Origin: an uncultured Acidimicrobiia bacterium
Lineage (GTDB): Bacteria > Acidobacteriota > Terriglobia > Versatilivoradales > Versatilivoraceae
Assembly (NCBI GenBank): GCA_963786955.1
Contig: CAWBAT010000006.1
Location: 768,001 to 832,000, forward strand
Direction of reading: 5' to 3'
Length of the DNA stretch: 64,000 nucleotides
Positions 38,896 to 49,396 of the stretch are shown here, one piece after another (position 1 is the first letter of the stretch; each line of letters begins with the position of its first letter). Position numbers and translations under genes: made by a program. The notes below the pieces were generated by a model that searched no databases, was not told the DNA's origin, and saw only the letters and a program-made list of their open reading frames with translations.

Positions 38896-40266
38896 CTATT
38901 CACGATGAATCCCATGGCGCTCTAAAATGCGATAAAGAGTACGCCGATCGATATCCAAGACTTCCGCTGCCCTGGTCATGTTTTGACCTGTTGCCGCAAG
39001 GACCTCCATGACATATTCTTTTTCCTTCTCGGCGAGCGTCATTAAAGAGTTGGAAGACATCGAACTTTGATGCAAGGTATCCTGAGGCCAACGGATCTCT
39101 TCAGGGAAGTCTTCGGGAGTGAGGACGCCACTGGAATTGAGCGCGATGGCGCGCTCCACTGCATTTTCCAATTCACGCACATTCCCTGGCCACGAGTAAT
39201 GACTCAGCATCGAATATACCGAGTCATGAATCGCGATGGTCCTGGACGAAGCTTCTGCGTGTCGCCTCACAAAATAGTCCAGTAATAGAGGAATGTCCCC
39301 ACGTCTTTCACGCAGAGGCGGAAGATCAATAGTGACAACCTTAAGCCGGTAGTAGAGGTCTTCGCGGAACTCATGAGAACGCACCATATTCTCAATTGGT
39401 CGGTTCGTTGCGGCAATAATGCGAACGTCCACTTTTGTGGTATTGGTGGACCCTACTCTCATAACTTCTCGTTCTTCCAAGACCCGAAGTAACTTCATCT
39501 GCAACCCCGGGGTCGGGTCCGAGATCTCATCGAGAAAACATGTCCCCTCTTGAGCGGCTTCAAATAATCCGACCTTGGTGCTTGAGGCGCCGGTAAATGC
39601 GCCTTTTTCATGTCCAAATAATTCGCTTTCCAGCAGGGATTCGGTAAGCGCTCCACAATTGATCGCTTTAAAGGGGCCAGTTCGTCGAGGGCTTGTCTTG
39701 TGGATGAGTCGGGCTACTCGTTCCTTCCCAGTACCGCTTTCGCCCTGGATCAAAACAGTTGTTTGCAAAGGCGCAACGCGAGCAATGAGTTTATAGACTT
39801 CGACCATTTCAGGGCTATGGCCAATAATTTCAGATTCAGGAGCAGAGCTTTGTACAACGGATTGGAGTCGCTGAATCTCTCGGCAAAGCCTGACTTGTTC
39901 CAACGCCCGTTTTGCCAGCACGCGAAGGTGATCTAGCTTAAAAGGTTTACTCAAGTAATCATATGCCCCCTTATGAATGGCATCGATGGCCGTCTCCATT
40001 GAGGCGAACCCGGTCATGACAATCACCGGGATATCCTTCTGGGTTGAGCGGACAACCTCCAGCACCTTCATTCCGTCCAACTCGCGCATTCTCAAATCAG
40101 TCAAAATCAGGTCCAGTTCCTGCGAAGACAAGATTTCGAGGGCTTGTTTGCCGCTCATCGCGCGATGGACTTGATAGCCTTCGTGCTCCAACACTTCCGA
40201 TAGGGAATCAAGGGCCGAACGATCGTCATCGACAACCAAAACTCTCGGGATAGCTTTCTCAGTCAT
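38896..40266 (-). CDS. sigma54-dependent response regulator (paralog of 25163..26521)
   Basis: Receiver, GESGTGKE, GHEKGAFTGA, WPGNVREL, HTH IDRRTLYR. Confidence 0.95.
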   Translation of the reverse strand: MTEKAIPRVLVVDDDRSALDSLSEVLEHEGYQVHRAMSGKQALEILSSQELDLILTDLRMRELDGMKVLEVVRSTQKDIPVIVMTGFASMETAIDAIHKGAYDYLSKPFKLDHLRVLAKRALEQVRLCREIQRLQSVVQSSAPESEIIGHSPEMVEVYKLIARVAPLQTTVLIQGESGTGKERVARLIHKTSPRRTGPFKAINCGALTESLLESELFGHEKGAFTGASSTKVGLFEAAQEGTCFLDEISDPTPGLQMKLLRVLEEREVMRVGSTNTTKVDVRIIAATNRPIENMVRSHEFREDLYYRLKVVTIDLPPLRERRGDIPLLLDYFVRRHAEASSRTIAIHDSVYSMLSHYSWPGNVRELENAVERAIALNSSGVLTPEDFPEEIRWPQDTLHQSSMSSNSLMTLAEKEKEYVMEVLAATGQNMTRAAEVLDIDRRTLYRILERHGIHRE

Positions 40267-41864
40267 TTCGGCCCCACCTCATGACGTTCAGATTCGACGC
40301 CTAATTTCCTGGGGACTTTAGCCGGAATCAAAGGGAGGATGATGGTAAAAGAGGCCCCCTGCCCCTCCTCACTTTGGATGGAAATGCTCCCTTGATGGTG
40401 TGCAACAATTTCTTTGCACAAAGCTAGTCCAAGTCCTGTTCCCCTCTCAAACTCCTTTGTTGTAAAGAATGGTTCAAAAATCTCTGCCTGGCGATCCTGC
40501 GGGATACCCACCCCGCTGTCGCTGACTTCCACCTGTACGAAGTCCGAAAGAGTCTGGAAATTTTCAATCCGTTTGAGCTGGACGCGGATCTTTCCCTGGT
40601 CCTGGACAGCTTCCACGGAGTTGTTCAAGAGATTAAGAAAGAGTTGCTGGAGTTGATCTACATTACCCGAAATCCAAAAGACATCCTCATGGCTGGTCAG
40701 AGTAAATTGGACACGCCTGGATTCAAACGTCGGCCCCAACAATTGGCTGATTTTGCATACAATCTCCACGAGTTCGACAGGTTCTAATTGAGTGGCGGGT
40801 CGTGTTGTATTCAAAAGGTTCTCTACAATGCCGCAAACCCGGTCAATTTGCTCGCCGGCAAGACATAATCTCTCACGAATCCTGGGATCCAACCCTCTAT
40901 CTTCCAACATCATTTGCAAATGAGTTGAGATTGCGCTTAAGGGAGATCCGATCTCATGAGCAAAGGTTGCCGTGAGTTGCCCAGCAAGTGCCAATCGTTC
41001 GGCTTGGGTCAACTTCCTTTGAGTCTCCAGGAGTTGGAGGTTGAGCTTCTTCAGATCCTTGTTCCTGGTTCTCAGTTGGCTCGTTGCGGCATCGACTCGC
41101 AATTGTAGCTCTTCATGGTACTTTTGAACTTCTTCCAAGAGAAAATTAAAGCCCCGCCCTAATTCTCCCAGTTCTCCAGTCAATTTCTCTGAAGCTCGCG
41201 CCATCTTTTCGCCTTCCCTGAATCGATGCATGACATCGAGTAGATGCTTGACCGTTCGGTAAACCGTATTTCGAAAGAGCCACCCAACGGCAAAAACCAT
41301 CAAACCAACGGTTACAACAAGCGAATAGATCCGGATTCGGCCCTGGGTAGACAGAATTTGATCCACCGTTTGGAGGGAACTGACTACGCTCACAATTCCT
41401 CGAGTCCCATCATAGAAGTAAATGGGGCTGACCGAAAATACTTGACGCGTTCCTCCTTCTTGAACGATGAACGTTTTCGCCTTTTGGGCATAAAAAGCTC
41501 TAGTCTCTTCTCCTTCGAGAACCCGGTCGCCACGGAAAGAACTGGAATCCAGGTTTTTCAATTCACCCTTAATCTCCGCGTAGAGGTCTACTCGGACAAT
41601 GTTGGGTTCCAATTCCAGGATCTCTCGGACAAGGGTCTTATAGGGTTGTGGTACATCGGAGGCACTGGAATGCGATAGGCTGTGAGCTAGGCGCTGCGCG
41701 GCATTCGATGTTTGAACGCCAATCGTTCCTTCGACAGCATTCACTGCCGTTCGTGTCGTGACCCAATTGGCAATAACCAGGACCGAAGCGGACAAGAGTA
41801 TGGTCGAAACATGAATGCGCCTTTGCAATGACCATTGACTGACTGGGGAAAACCATCGGCTCAT
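40263..41864 (-). CDS. sensor histidine kinase with HAMP (paralog of 23399..24994)
   Basis: 2 TM, GELGELG HAMP, ERLALAGQLTATFAHEIGSPL, DSGVGI, FFTTK, GTGLGL. Confidence 0.93.
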   Translation of the reverse strand: MSRWFSPVSQWSLQRRIHVSTILLSASVLVIANWVTTRTAVNAVEGTIGVQTSNAAQRLAHSLSHSSASDVPQPYKTLVREILELEPNIVRVDLYAEIKGELKNLDSSSFRGDRVLEGEETRAFYAQKAKTFIVQEGGTRQVFSVSPIYFYDGTRGIVSVVSSLQTVDQILSTQGRIRIYSLVVTVGLMVFAVGWLFRNTVYRTVKHLLDVMHRFREGEKMARASEKLTGELGELGRGFNFLLEEVQKYHEELQLRVDAATSQLRTRNKDLKKLNLQLLETQRKLTQAERLALAGQLTATFAHEIGSPLSAISTHLQMMLEDRGLDPRIRERLCLAGEQIDRVCGIVENLLNTTRPATQLEPVELVEIVCKISQLLGPTFESRRVQFTLTSHEDVFWISGNVDQLQQLFLNLLNNSVEAVQDQGKIRVQLKRIENFQTLSDFVQVEVSDSGVGIPQDRQAEIFEPFFTTKEFERGTGLGLALCKEIVAHHQGSISIQSEEGQGASFTIILPLIPAKVPRKLGVESERHEVGPK

Positions 41865-42239
41865 AGGTTATTTCCTGACCGGTGTGAACTGGATGGGACG
41901 AACAAAATCTTGATCATTCTTGGATTAGCAATGCGCTATCACCGATGCCCCGGAACAAAAGCTGCCGCCTTGAAAGGATGGGTTGCAACTGTGATGACTG
42001 TCTTTCTTGACCGCCTCCTCCCGCCAGGAGGGATAAGTCACTCAAGTCCGTTAAGTGCAAGATAGATTCCATCCTGGCTCAACCGTCCTAAGTACTGATA
42101 TTACAGGAGGACCTGCATGGTCGGCCTCAAAAATCGGGGTTTCGGTTGGACTGGAGTGGGGCAGAAATGCAAACTGCTGCAGAACTGCCACAGTGGGCCG
42201 GATCTAAAACAAATGACAATGGCGGGGGGAGCAATAGCC

Positions 42240-44800
42240 TCATGGTATACCGACGATGATGCTCGGATCGTCGGTTCCATTATCAATCCTGCTTACCCAG
42301 GAATGGATCGGTTGAGATGAATGGATCTGCAGGTAACCATGAAATCCTGTTGGATCCGCCTTCCCGAGTATCGTTCGCGCAATATCGTTAATCTGATTAA
42401 GCCCTTTGGGTAACACATCAACGGTTTGTGTTCCTCGAATACTTCCGGTCAAATCGGTCAGATCCATCCTGACATGGGCTGTTTCGCTGCCGGGATTGTT
42501 CAGGCCTAAATTGGTTCGATACGTTGCAGCAGCACCGCGATTCCCCGTATCCACAATCTCTGGAAGCACTTGCTGAACCAAGGCATTTACAGCGGTCCGA
42601 CCGGGAAGAAACCACCCGTTCCGGATGGGCTTCTAACCTCGGAAACAACCGCAAGAGCCGCTGCATCGCTCTGGTCCGTTTCAACCGTCAGCGGACCAAA
42701 AAATCCGGAAGGAGCTTTAGCTTCGGCCACAATATCTTGTTGGTAGTAGGCCTGATTGGGGCCCAGTTGGATCGTTGACGAAGAAACAAGCTCCCCCGTC
42801 AGAGACCAAAATTTCAAACGCGCAACCACAGTGGCATCTGATCGAGTGTTGATGACAACCAATGACGACTTGAAGCGATCTGAACTGACGACAGAAGGAA
42901 CCAGGAGTTGAGGCCCCCTATCCATAATGGTTGTTCCCAGTGCGGCTTCAATGCTGGGATCGTCGGTCGCATTATCGATCTTACTCGACCAGGCATGAAT
43001 AGGTTGATCACTGCTGAGATTGGCATATCCTCGGAACCCCGTCGCCTCGAGAGTCGATAATATCGTCCGTACAATGCGATCGATTTGAGTCATCCCCATC
43101 GGAGGAACAGTCCAAGTTTGGCTGGCCCGCTGCGTGCCGCGATCGTCAATGAGGGAAACAAGAACCGTTGCCGGCACCCCTCCCATGTTATTCAGGCCGA
43201 GATTTGTGCGAAACGTCCCCGGTGTACCCCGCTCCCCATTATCCACGAGGTCAGGCATGATCAAGACCGTCGATTCTTCTGATCTGCGTCTCTCACGAAA
43301 AAAGCCGCCGGTGCCAAGAAAGCTTCTGACCTCGGAAACAGCGCTGAATTGGAGGCCACTCCTGGACTCAACGGTCAGCGGGCCAAAGGCTCCTGTAGAT
43401 AGACCCAGCACACCCAAGATGTCTTCAGTCCGAAAACTCTCTCCGGGAGCGAGATGGACTGTCTGCTCGGCTATAATTTCACCATCCAACCCGTGCGCTA
43501 CCAGGGTCAACGGATTCGTCTGAGGGTCTCGATTCATCAGGAAAAGAGAAGAGGTAAAGCGCTCCGTCTTCGCGGAAGAAGGGATTAGGGACAGAAAGTA
43601 GCTCGAGGGCTTTGGGTTATTCAATCGTATTCGGCCGACACTGCCGGCGTAATTCACGACATACAATTCGCCCGACTCATCTTCCCCGAATGAGCTGATG
43701 CTAAAGCCCGTTCCGAGCAACTCGGTTCGGCTCCAGCTGCCGAATTGCGTTTCTTGAAGCGCCCAAATTCTTCCACTGATGAAGTCTCCGAAAATATAAG
43801 TGCCATCCAATTCTGGAAATACCTTGCCGCGATAGACGTATCCGCCTGTTACAGACGCTCCCTCGGTTCGACCGTATTCCGCAATCGGAAACTGAAAGGA
43901 AGCCGCTGAAGTGTCACACCCGCTTGGAGGACTAAAACAAAGGCTGGCTTCATATCGGTTCCATCCATAGTTTTCTCCTCGCACAATCAGATCAATTTCT
44001 TCTCGAGTGTTTTGGCCGACATCGCCGGCAAACAAGCGGCCTGTAAGACGATCAAATGAAAACCGCCAGGGATTTCGTAACCCAACCGCGTAGATTTCAT
44101 CCCGGCCAGGGCGGTTAAAATGGGGGTTTTGTGCCGGAATGGCATAGGGCTGGCCACTATTGATGTCAATCCTGAGAATTTTCCCGAGAAGAGAATTGAG
44201 GTTCTGCCCATTTCCTTGCGGGTCGCCTCCTGACCCTCCGTCCCCCATGCCGATATAGAGATATCCGTCCGGACCGAACTGGAGCTGGCCGCCGTTGTGA
44301 TTATCAAAAGGCTGATCAACAGTGAGAATAACACTTTCAGAGGTTTGAGAAATATCCGGATCCGTGGAAACGTGATATTCGGCAATGATGGTCTTCAGGT
44401 TCGGGCGGCTGGCCGTGTAATTGACAAAGAATCGCCCATTATCCCGGTACTGGGGATGAAAGGCAACGCTGAGTAAGCCCCGCTCCCCTCCGGCTGTGAC
44501 ACGGTTCCGGATATCCAGAAAAGGGTTGGGGAGGAGAGCACCATTTCGTACAATCCGAATCGTCCCCGGTTGTTCGACAATAAAGAGTCGGTCAGACCTA
44601 TCTCCGGCATGCGTTACATAAACAGGCTGGGTCAGGCCGGTTACAAAAGGATCCACTGAAATTGAAATCTGTGATTGGGCTTGAGACAGCCAACAATCTG
44701 GCAGTAGCAGCTGGAGCGCCAGTAGGATCACAACGCACAGGACTTTGATAATGAAGTGCCGCAACTTCTGGTCTCTCCTTGGGTTTTCGTTGCTGGCCAT
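42240..44800 (-). CDS. PQQ-dependent glucose/sorbosone dehydrogenase with a duplicated C-terminal module; one frameshift near 42590
   Basis: GERGLLSVAFHP, NHNGGQLQFGPDGYLY, GLRNPWRFSFD, SSFGEDESGELY; ORF 42240..42581 completes the second repeat in another frame. Confidence 0.85.
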
Positions 44801-44898
44801 GGCGCGGATTTACGCTTTCAATTCGTGATCTCAGGGGAATTGAGGTACCGTTCCATGATGCAAGAGATCAGCCAAATCCGCTGCTTTTATCATTGGCA

Positions 44899-46218
44899 TC
44901 ACTCTTCTGGCAGTGGTTTCCCCTTGGTCTCGGGGGCAAAAAACACTGCCAGGATTCCCAGGAGATAAACGGAGGATAAGGAAATGGCCGCGATTCGAAA
45001 GGGGCTCGAATAGCCGGCATTGGCGAAGGCGGAACTCAAATAGACCAGCGTAAAAGGTCCCAAGGCTGCAATGATTCGCCCGACATTGTAACAAAACCCC
45101 ACGCCGGTACTGCGGAGGCGAGTTGGGTAAAGTTCCGGAAAATAGATTGAGTAGCCTCCAAACACAGAGAGATTGCAAAACCCCAGGACGGGAATCATCC
45201 AATAGATATCCGATGGCTGATGCAGCCAGCCGAAAGTCAACACCGTTGCCCCCAGAGCCAACAAAAAGAAGAAGATAAAAGTCGGACGACGGCCAAATCG
45301 AGCCGTAATCAAAGTAAAGGAAACAATACCGAAGAACCCCCCCACATCTTGAAGCATTGTTCCGATGGCCGCGTATTGGTCTCGTGTCGCCTTGGATGCT
45401 CCCGAAAGCGCTTCCCGGATTAGTTCCGGCGACCAGAATCCAATACCCCAAATTCCAATCACACCGGCAATCGCCATCGCCAGTCCGATCACTGTATGCT
45501 TGCGCCAGCGAGTGTCTCGAAACAGATCGCCAATTACGCCCATCTGCCTTCTTTCACCCCGAACATAGGCAGCATGCGCCTGGATCCAGGCGTCCGGTTC
45601 TTTCATTCGTCCAAAGATGGCTGCAACCAAAAAGGCTGGGAAGACTCCTGCCAGAAACATGCCGCGCCATCCGTATCTTGGAAGGAGGAAGTAGCCGATC
45701 CCTCCCCCGATGATGTTTCCGACCGTAGAAAGGGCCATCAAAATACCTAAGGCGTGAGAGCGGGCTCTCACCGGCATCGTTTCAGCCACCAGGGTGACAC
45801 CGGCGGCAAATTCACCTCCCACCCCGAGCCCCGTGAGAAAGCGGTAAGCCATGAAATCCCACTTCGACTGAGCCAAGGCCGAAAGCCCCGTAAAACCGGC
45901 ATAGACAAGGATGGCTAGCATCATCGTCTTGGTACGTCCCCACCGGTCCGAAAGCATTCCGAAATAGAGGCCGCCAACAGCCCAGCCCAGCATGAATATT
46001 GTGGTCGCGATACCACTATAGTAATTGACTTCAGAACCAGGCGGCAAGAGTGCTTCCATCGCAGGTTGTCGCGCCAACACGAAGATGCGTTGATCCATCG
46101 TGTCAAACAACCATCCGAGGGAAGCAATGATTAGGACCCACCAGTGATAGCGGGTCATTTCTCCATACCAGGCAGTGGTGGGGTGCCCCGTGTATTTTGA
46201 TTGGGGATCGGTGGGCAT
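44899..46218 (-). CDS. MFS transporter
   Basis: GWLFDTMD, SDRWGR, RFLTGLGVGGEF, PELYPTRLR, PETKG. Confidence 0.92.
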   Translation of the reverse strand: MPTDPQSKYTGHPTTAWYGEMTRYHWWVLIIASLGWLFDTMDQRIFVLARQPAMEALLPPGSEVNYYSGIATTIFMLGWAVGGLYFGMLSDRWGRTKTMMLAILVYAGFTGLSALAQSKWDFMAYRFLTGLGVGGEFAAGVTLVAETMPVRARSHALGILMALSTVGNIIGGGIGYFLLPRYGWRGMFLAGVFPAFLVAAIFGRMKEPDAWIQAHAAYVRGERRQMGVIGDLFRDTRWRKHTVIGLAMAIAGVIGIWGIGFWSPELIREALSGASKATRDQYAAIGTMLQDVGGFFGIVSFTLITARFGRRPTFIFFFLLALGATVLTFGWLHQPSDIYWMIPVLGFCNLSVFGGYSIYFPELYPTRLRSTGVGFCYNVGRIIAALGPFTLVYLSSAFANAGYSSPFRIAAISLSSVYLLGILAVFFAPETKGKPLPEE

Positions 46219-46405
46219 CTGTCCTTGTTCGATTCGAAATAATCCGTTCGGTAGGAAACCCGGAGGAGGTTTTCTGCTATTTCCTCAGTGCAGCACAAGA
46301 AAGGACTAACGGAGCGGGCTCAGGCGCCAAACGGAACGTTCGGGAGTCACCCTGATAATTGCCGGCCTCTTGCCCGAGGCGAGGAGTTTGAACCCAGAAC
46401 TGTGT

Positions 46406-47056
46406 TCACTTCCCTCGCGCCATTTTGACAACCTCTAGGAACCTGCTGGCATTCTGCTTGACCTTTTCCAGATTGCCCGAGGCAACGGCTACTTTGTCGA
46501 CTAATTCCGAACCCACCGCCAGCGCCGCAGACCCGGCTGAAATGAAATCGGCGGCTGTCGTCAAGTTGACGCCGCCCGTTGGAATCAGCTCGATTTGCGG
46601 AAAGGGCCCTTTCAAGGCTTTGATGTATTTCGGACCTCCCACACTGTCGCAGGGAAAAACCTTGATGAAATCGGCTCCCGCTTCCCAGGCTGTCAAAATC
46701 TCCGTGGGAGTGAGTGTGCCCGGGATGATTACCTTGCTGTAACGTTTACACAACTTGACCGTCTCCAAGTTTAAAGCCGGTGTGACAATAAACTCGGCGC
46801 CCGCTAAAATGGCGGTCCGGGCGGTTTCCGGATCAAGGACCGTGCCCGCACCCAGCAAGACTTCATTGCCATAACGATTCGCCACCGCTTCAATCACTTT
46901 GATGGCGCCAGGCACCGTCATGGTGATTTCCAGAATGGACAATCCACCCGCTTGGATCGCTTCCACAATGGTCAGAGCTTCGTCAGCGGAAGAGGCTCTA
47001 ACCACCGGGATGATACCGACTTCAAGAATTTTCTGGCGCGCTTTGAGATTTGGCAT
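46406..47056 (-). CDS. eda: KDPG/KHG aldolase
   Basis: IIPVVR, LEITM, GAGTVLD, TPTEI, KVFPC, PTGGV. Confidence 0.93.
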   Translation of the reverse strand: MPNLKARQKILEVGIIPVVRASSADEALTIVEAIQAGGLSILEITMTVPGAIKVIEAVANRYGNEVLLGAGTVLDPETARTAILAGAEFIVTPALNLETVKLCKRYSKVIIPGTLTPTEILTAWEAGADFIKVFPCDSVGGPKYIKALKGPFPQIELIPTGGVNLTTAADFISAGSAALAVGSELVDKVAVASGNLEKVKQNASRFLEVVKMARGK

Positions 47057-47161
47057 ACCCGACTCCATTCCAATCGAAATTCAAAAATAGAAAATGATTT
47101 TAAATACTGCTTCGCAAATTGTTCATGACTTCGTACAGCCGCAATTTTACTTTCGATCTTC

Positions 47162-48187
47162 TCATCGCGAGACCCGCAAGCCTCCGCCTTGCATGACCGC
47201 CTCCATTTCGGAACGGGTCGCCCAGTTGAAATCTCCAGGATTCGAATGCTTGATGGCGGAGTAAGCGACCCCCATTCGTAGCGCGGTGTCAATGTTTCGG
47301 CTTGTCAGGTAACCATAAATAAAACCACCGCTAAAGGAATCACCGGCCCCAACCCGATCCACGATCTCCACCTCGTAACTCTTCGCTTCGTAAATCTGTC
47401 TGTCGCTGTAAGCAATCGCTGTCCAATTATTTTTCCACACCGATGGGTTCTCGCGCAGTGTAATCGCTACGATCTTAAAGTTGAACTTCTCCTGCAGCTT
47501 TCGAGCAACCGTCTTGTAGGAGTCCGCAGAAACTTGCGCAAATTTGTCGTCTTGCGCCTCCCCTGCCGTGATTTTAAAGACTACTTTAGTGTCTTCCTCT
47601 GTTGTGATTAAGACATCAACATGTTCCATCAGGGGTTCTTGGCAGGCTTGAGCCTCCTTGTCAGTCCACAACTTACTCCGGTAGTTCAGATCATAGCTGG
47701 TTTGAAGACCGGCCTTTTTGGCAGCTTGAAGTGCCTCGGCCGTGAGGGTGGCGGCAGATGCGCTAAGCGCTGGGGTAATCCCGCTCACATGAAACCATTT
47801 TGCTCCTCCAAAAACCCTGCTCCAATCAATTTCCCCAGGCTTAATTAGACTGATCGCCGAATTGGCCCGATCGTAAAGGACTGAACTCGCACGCGGGGAT
47901 GCCCCGAATTCGACAAAATAAAGTCCCGCCCGGCCTTCTTTGCTCCAAACGATGTGCGATGTATCTACACCCTGCTCCCGCGCCTTGTTTCGAATCAAGC
48001 GTCCCAGACCGTTGTCTGGCAGTTTGGAAACCCAAGCTGAAGAAAGCCCGAGGCGGCTAACGGCAACCGCAACATTTAGTTCACCGCCACCGACTTGTAC
48101 ATCCAGGGAACAGGCTTGCTCGAGCCGTTGAAATCCAGGTGGAGAAAGCCGGATCATGGCTTCTCCGAGAGTAATGACATCCGGCAT
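47162..48187 (-). CDS. kdgK: 2-keto-3-deoxygluconate kinase (PfkB family)
   Basis: GEAMIRLSP, GGGELNVA, SGITPAL, DLNYRSKLW, DRVGAGDSF; adjacent to eda. Confidence 0.88.
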   Translation of the reverse strand: MPDVITLGEAMIRLSPPGFQRLEQACSLDVQVGGGELNVAVAVSRLGLSSAWVSKLPDNGLGRLIRNKAREQGVDTSHIVWSKEGRAGLYFVEFGASPRASSVLYDRANSAISLIKPGEIDWSRVFGGAKWFHVSGITPALSASAATLTAEALQAAKKAGLQTSYDLNYRSKLWTDKEAQACQEPLMEHVDVLITTEEDTKVVFKITAGEAQDDKFAQVSADSYKTVARKLQEKFNFKIVAITLRENPSVWKNNWTAIAYSDRQIYEAKSYEVEIVDRVGAGDSFSGGFIYGYLTSRNIDTALRMGVAYSAIKHSNPGDFNWATRSEMEAVMQGGGLRVSR

Positions 48188-48382
48188 AATTGCCTCCTTT
48201 ATGATGAAGACCCAAGAATCGAGTCAAATCTAATAAGGTGTACGAAAAGGACTGCAACCTCGTTGGCCAACCCACAATCCTACAGGCTCTTCTTCACCGC
48301 TTGAAAGGGAAGATACCCGGGGTAGATGAAACGGACATGAGGACTGAAAGAGCACTCATGGCGTGTGAATTCGGTTCACTAC

Positions 48383-49396
48383 CTACTTCAACACGATAAA
48401 ACTTTTCTTCCGAAGTTCGCTGAACAACTTCCGAATCGCACGGTCTTTGACCCGGGATGCTTTCTTTTCGATGCCCCTTTTTCGCAGCACCTCGGGAAGA
48501 GTGAATAGGAAATCCCAAAATCCCAGGAAAAACGAGGCCCGAAAAATCACGATGGCCTGCAAAGTCAGTAAGAATGTAGAACTAAGATGCATCAGGAACA
48601 TGCCCGGATCATGCAAATTCTTCCATAAAAATATGAACCGGTTTCGCGTATTCAATCTCTCAAACCGGACGCGATTCAAGGTACCCCGGATATCTTTCAC
48701 GGAGTCCTGATAAACAATGCTATTCGGCTCATAGACAATCTTCCAGCCATGCTTCCATGCCCGGTAGGAAAGCTCTACATCTTCCCAATAAAAGGGTGAC
48801 AAGAGCGGCTCGAATCCCCCCAATTCGCGCAGTTTCTCGCGACTCAAGGCGCAGGCACCGCTTGTGAGAGAAAAAGAATAAAGCGGGTCATCCGCGCTTC
48901 TTCCCTCCTCGCCATGGGCGACATCGTAATTCTGATGGGTTTTCCAGAGCCCCATTCGGAACTCTCCGAGTTTGCCCGCCGAGTTCAATATCAAACGATC
49001 TCGTGTGAGGGACTTCAAAGCGACGCCGAAGACACCTTCTTCGCGGAGGTGAGGGATAATCGGCAAGAGAAAATCCTTGTCTACGATCACGTCATTCCCG
49101 AGAAGGACAATCATATCAAAGCTGCAGGCTGAAAATCCCAGATTGCAGGCAATCGCAAAACCTGTGCTCCTTCGGCGAGTAATGAGCTTAACATTTTTCT
49201 CGGGGATACTTTCGATCCAGTCGATCGTGTCATCCACACTTCCGTCGTCAACGACAATGACCTCCCATTCTCCACCTGTCCGGTCCTGAAATTCTTTAGT
49301 AGCACACAGGAGCGAGGGATACATTTCTTCCAGCAACATTCGGCCATTCCAAGAGTGGATGACGATACTAACGGAGGGGGGCAGATGAGAAGTCAT
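48383..49396 (-). CDS. glycosyltransferase family 2
   Basis: VSIVI, VIVVDDGS.D, GFA.ACN.G, GGF..L.SPFYWEDVELSYRAW. Confidence 0.9.
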   Translation of the reverse strand: MTSHLPPSVSIVIHSWNGRMLLEEMYPSLLCATKEFQDRTGGEWEVIVVDDGSVDDTIDWIESIPEKNVKLITRRRSTGFAIACNLGFSACSFDMIVLLGNDVIVDKDFLLPIIPHLREEGVFGVALKSLTRDRLILNSAGKLGEFRMGLWKTHQNYDVAHGEEGRSADDPLYSFSLTSGACALSREKLRELGGFEPLLSPFYWEDVELSYRAWKHGWKIVYEPNSIVYQDSVKDIRGTLNRVRFERLNTRNRFIFLWKNLHDPGMFLMHLSSTFLLTLQAIVIFRASFFLGFWDFLFTLPEVLRKRGIEKKASRVKDRAIRKLFSELRKKSFIVLK

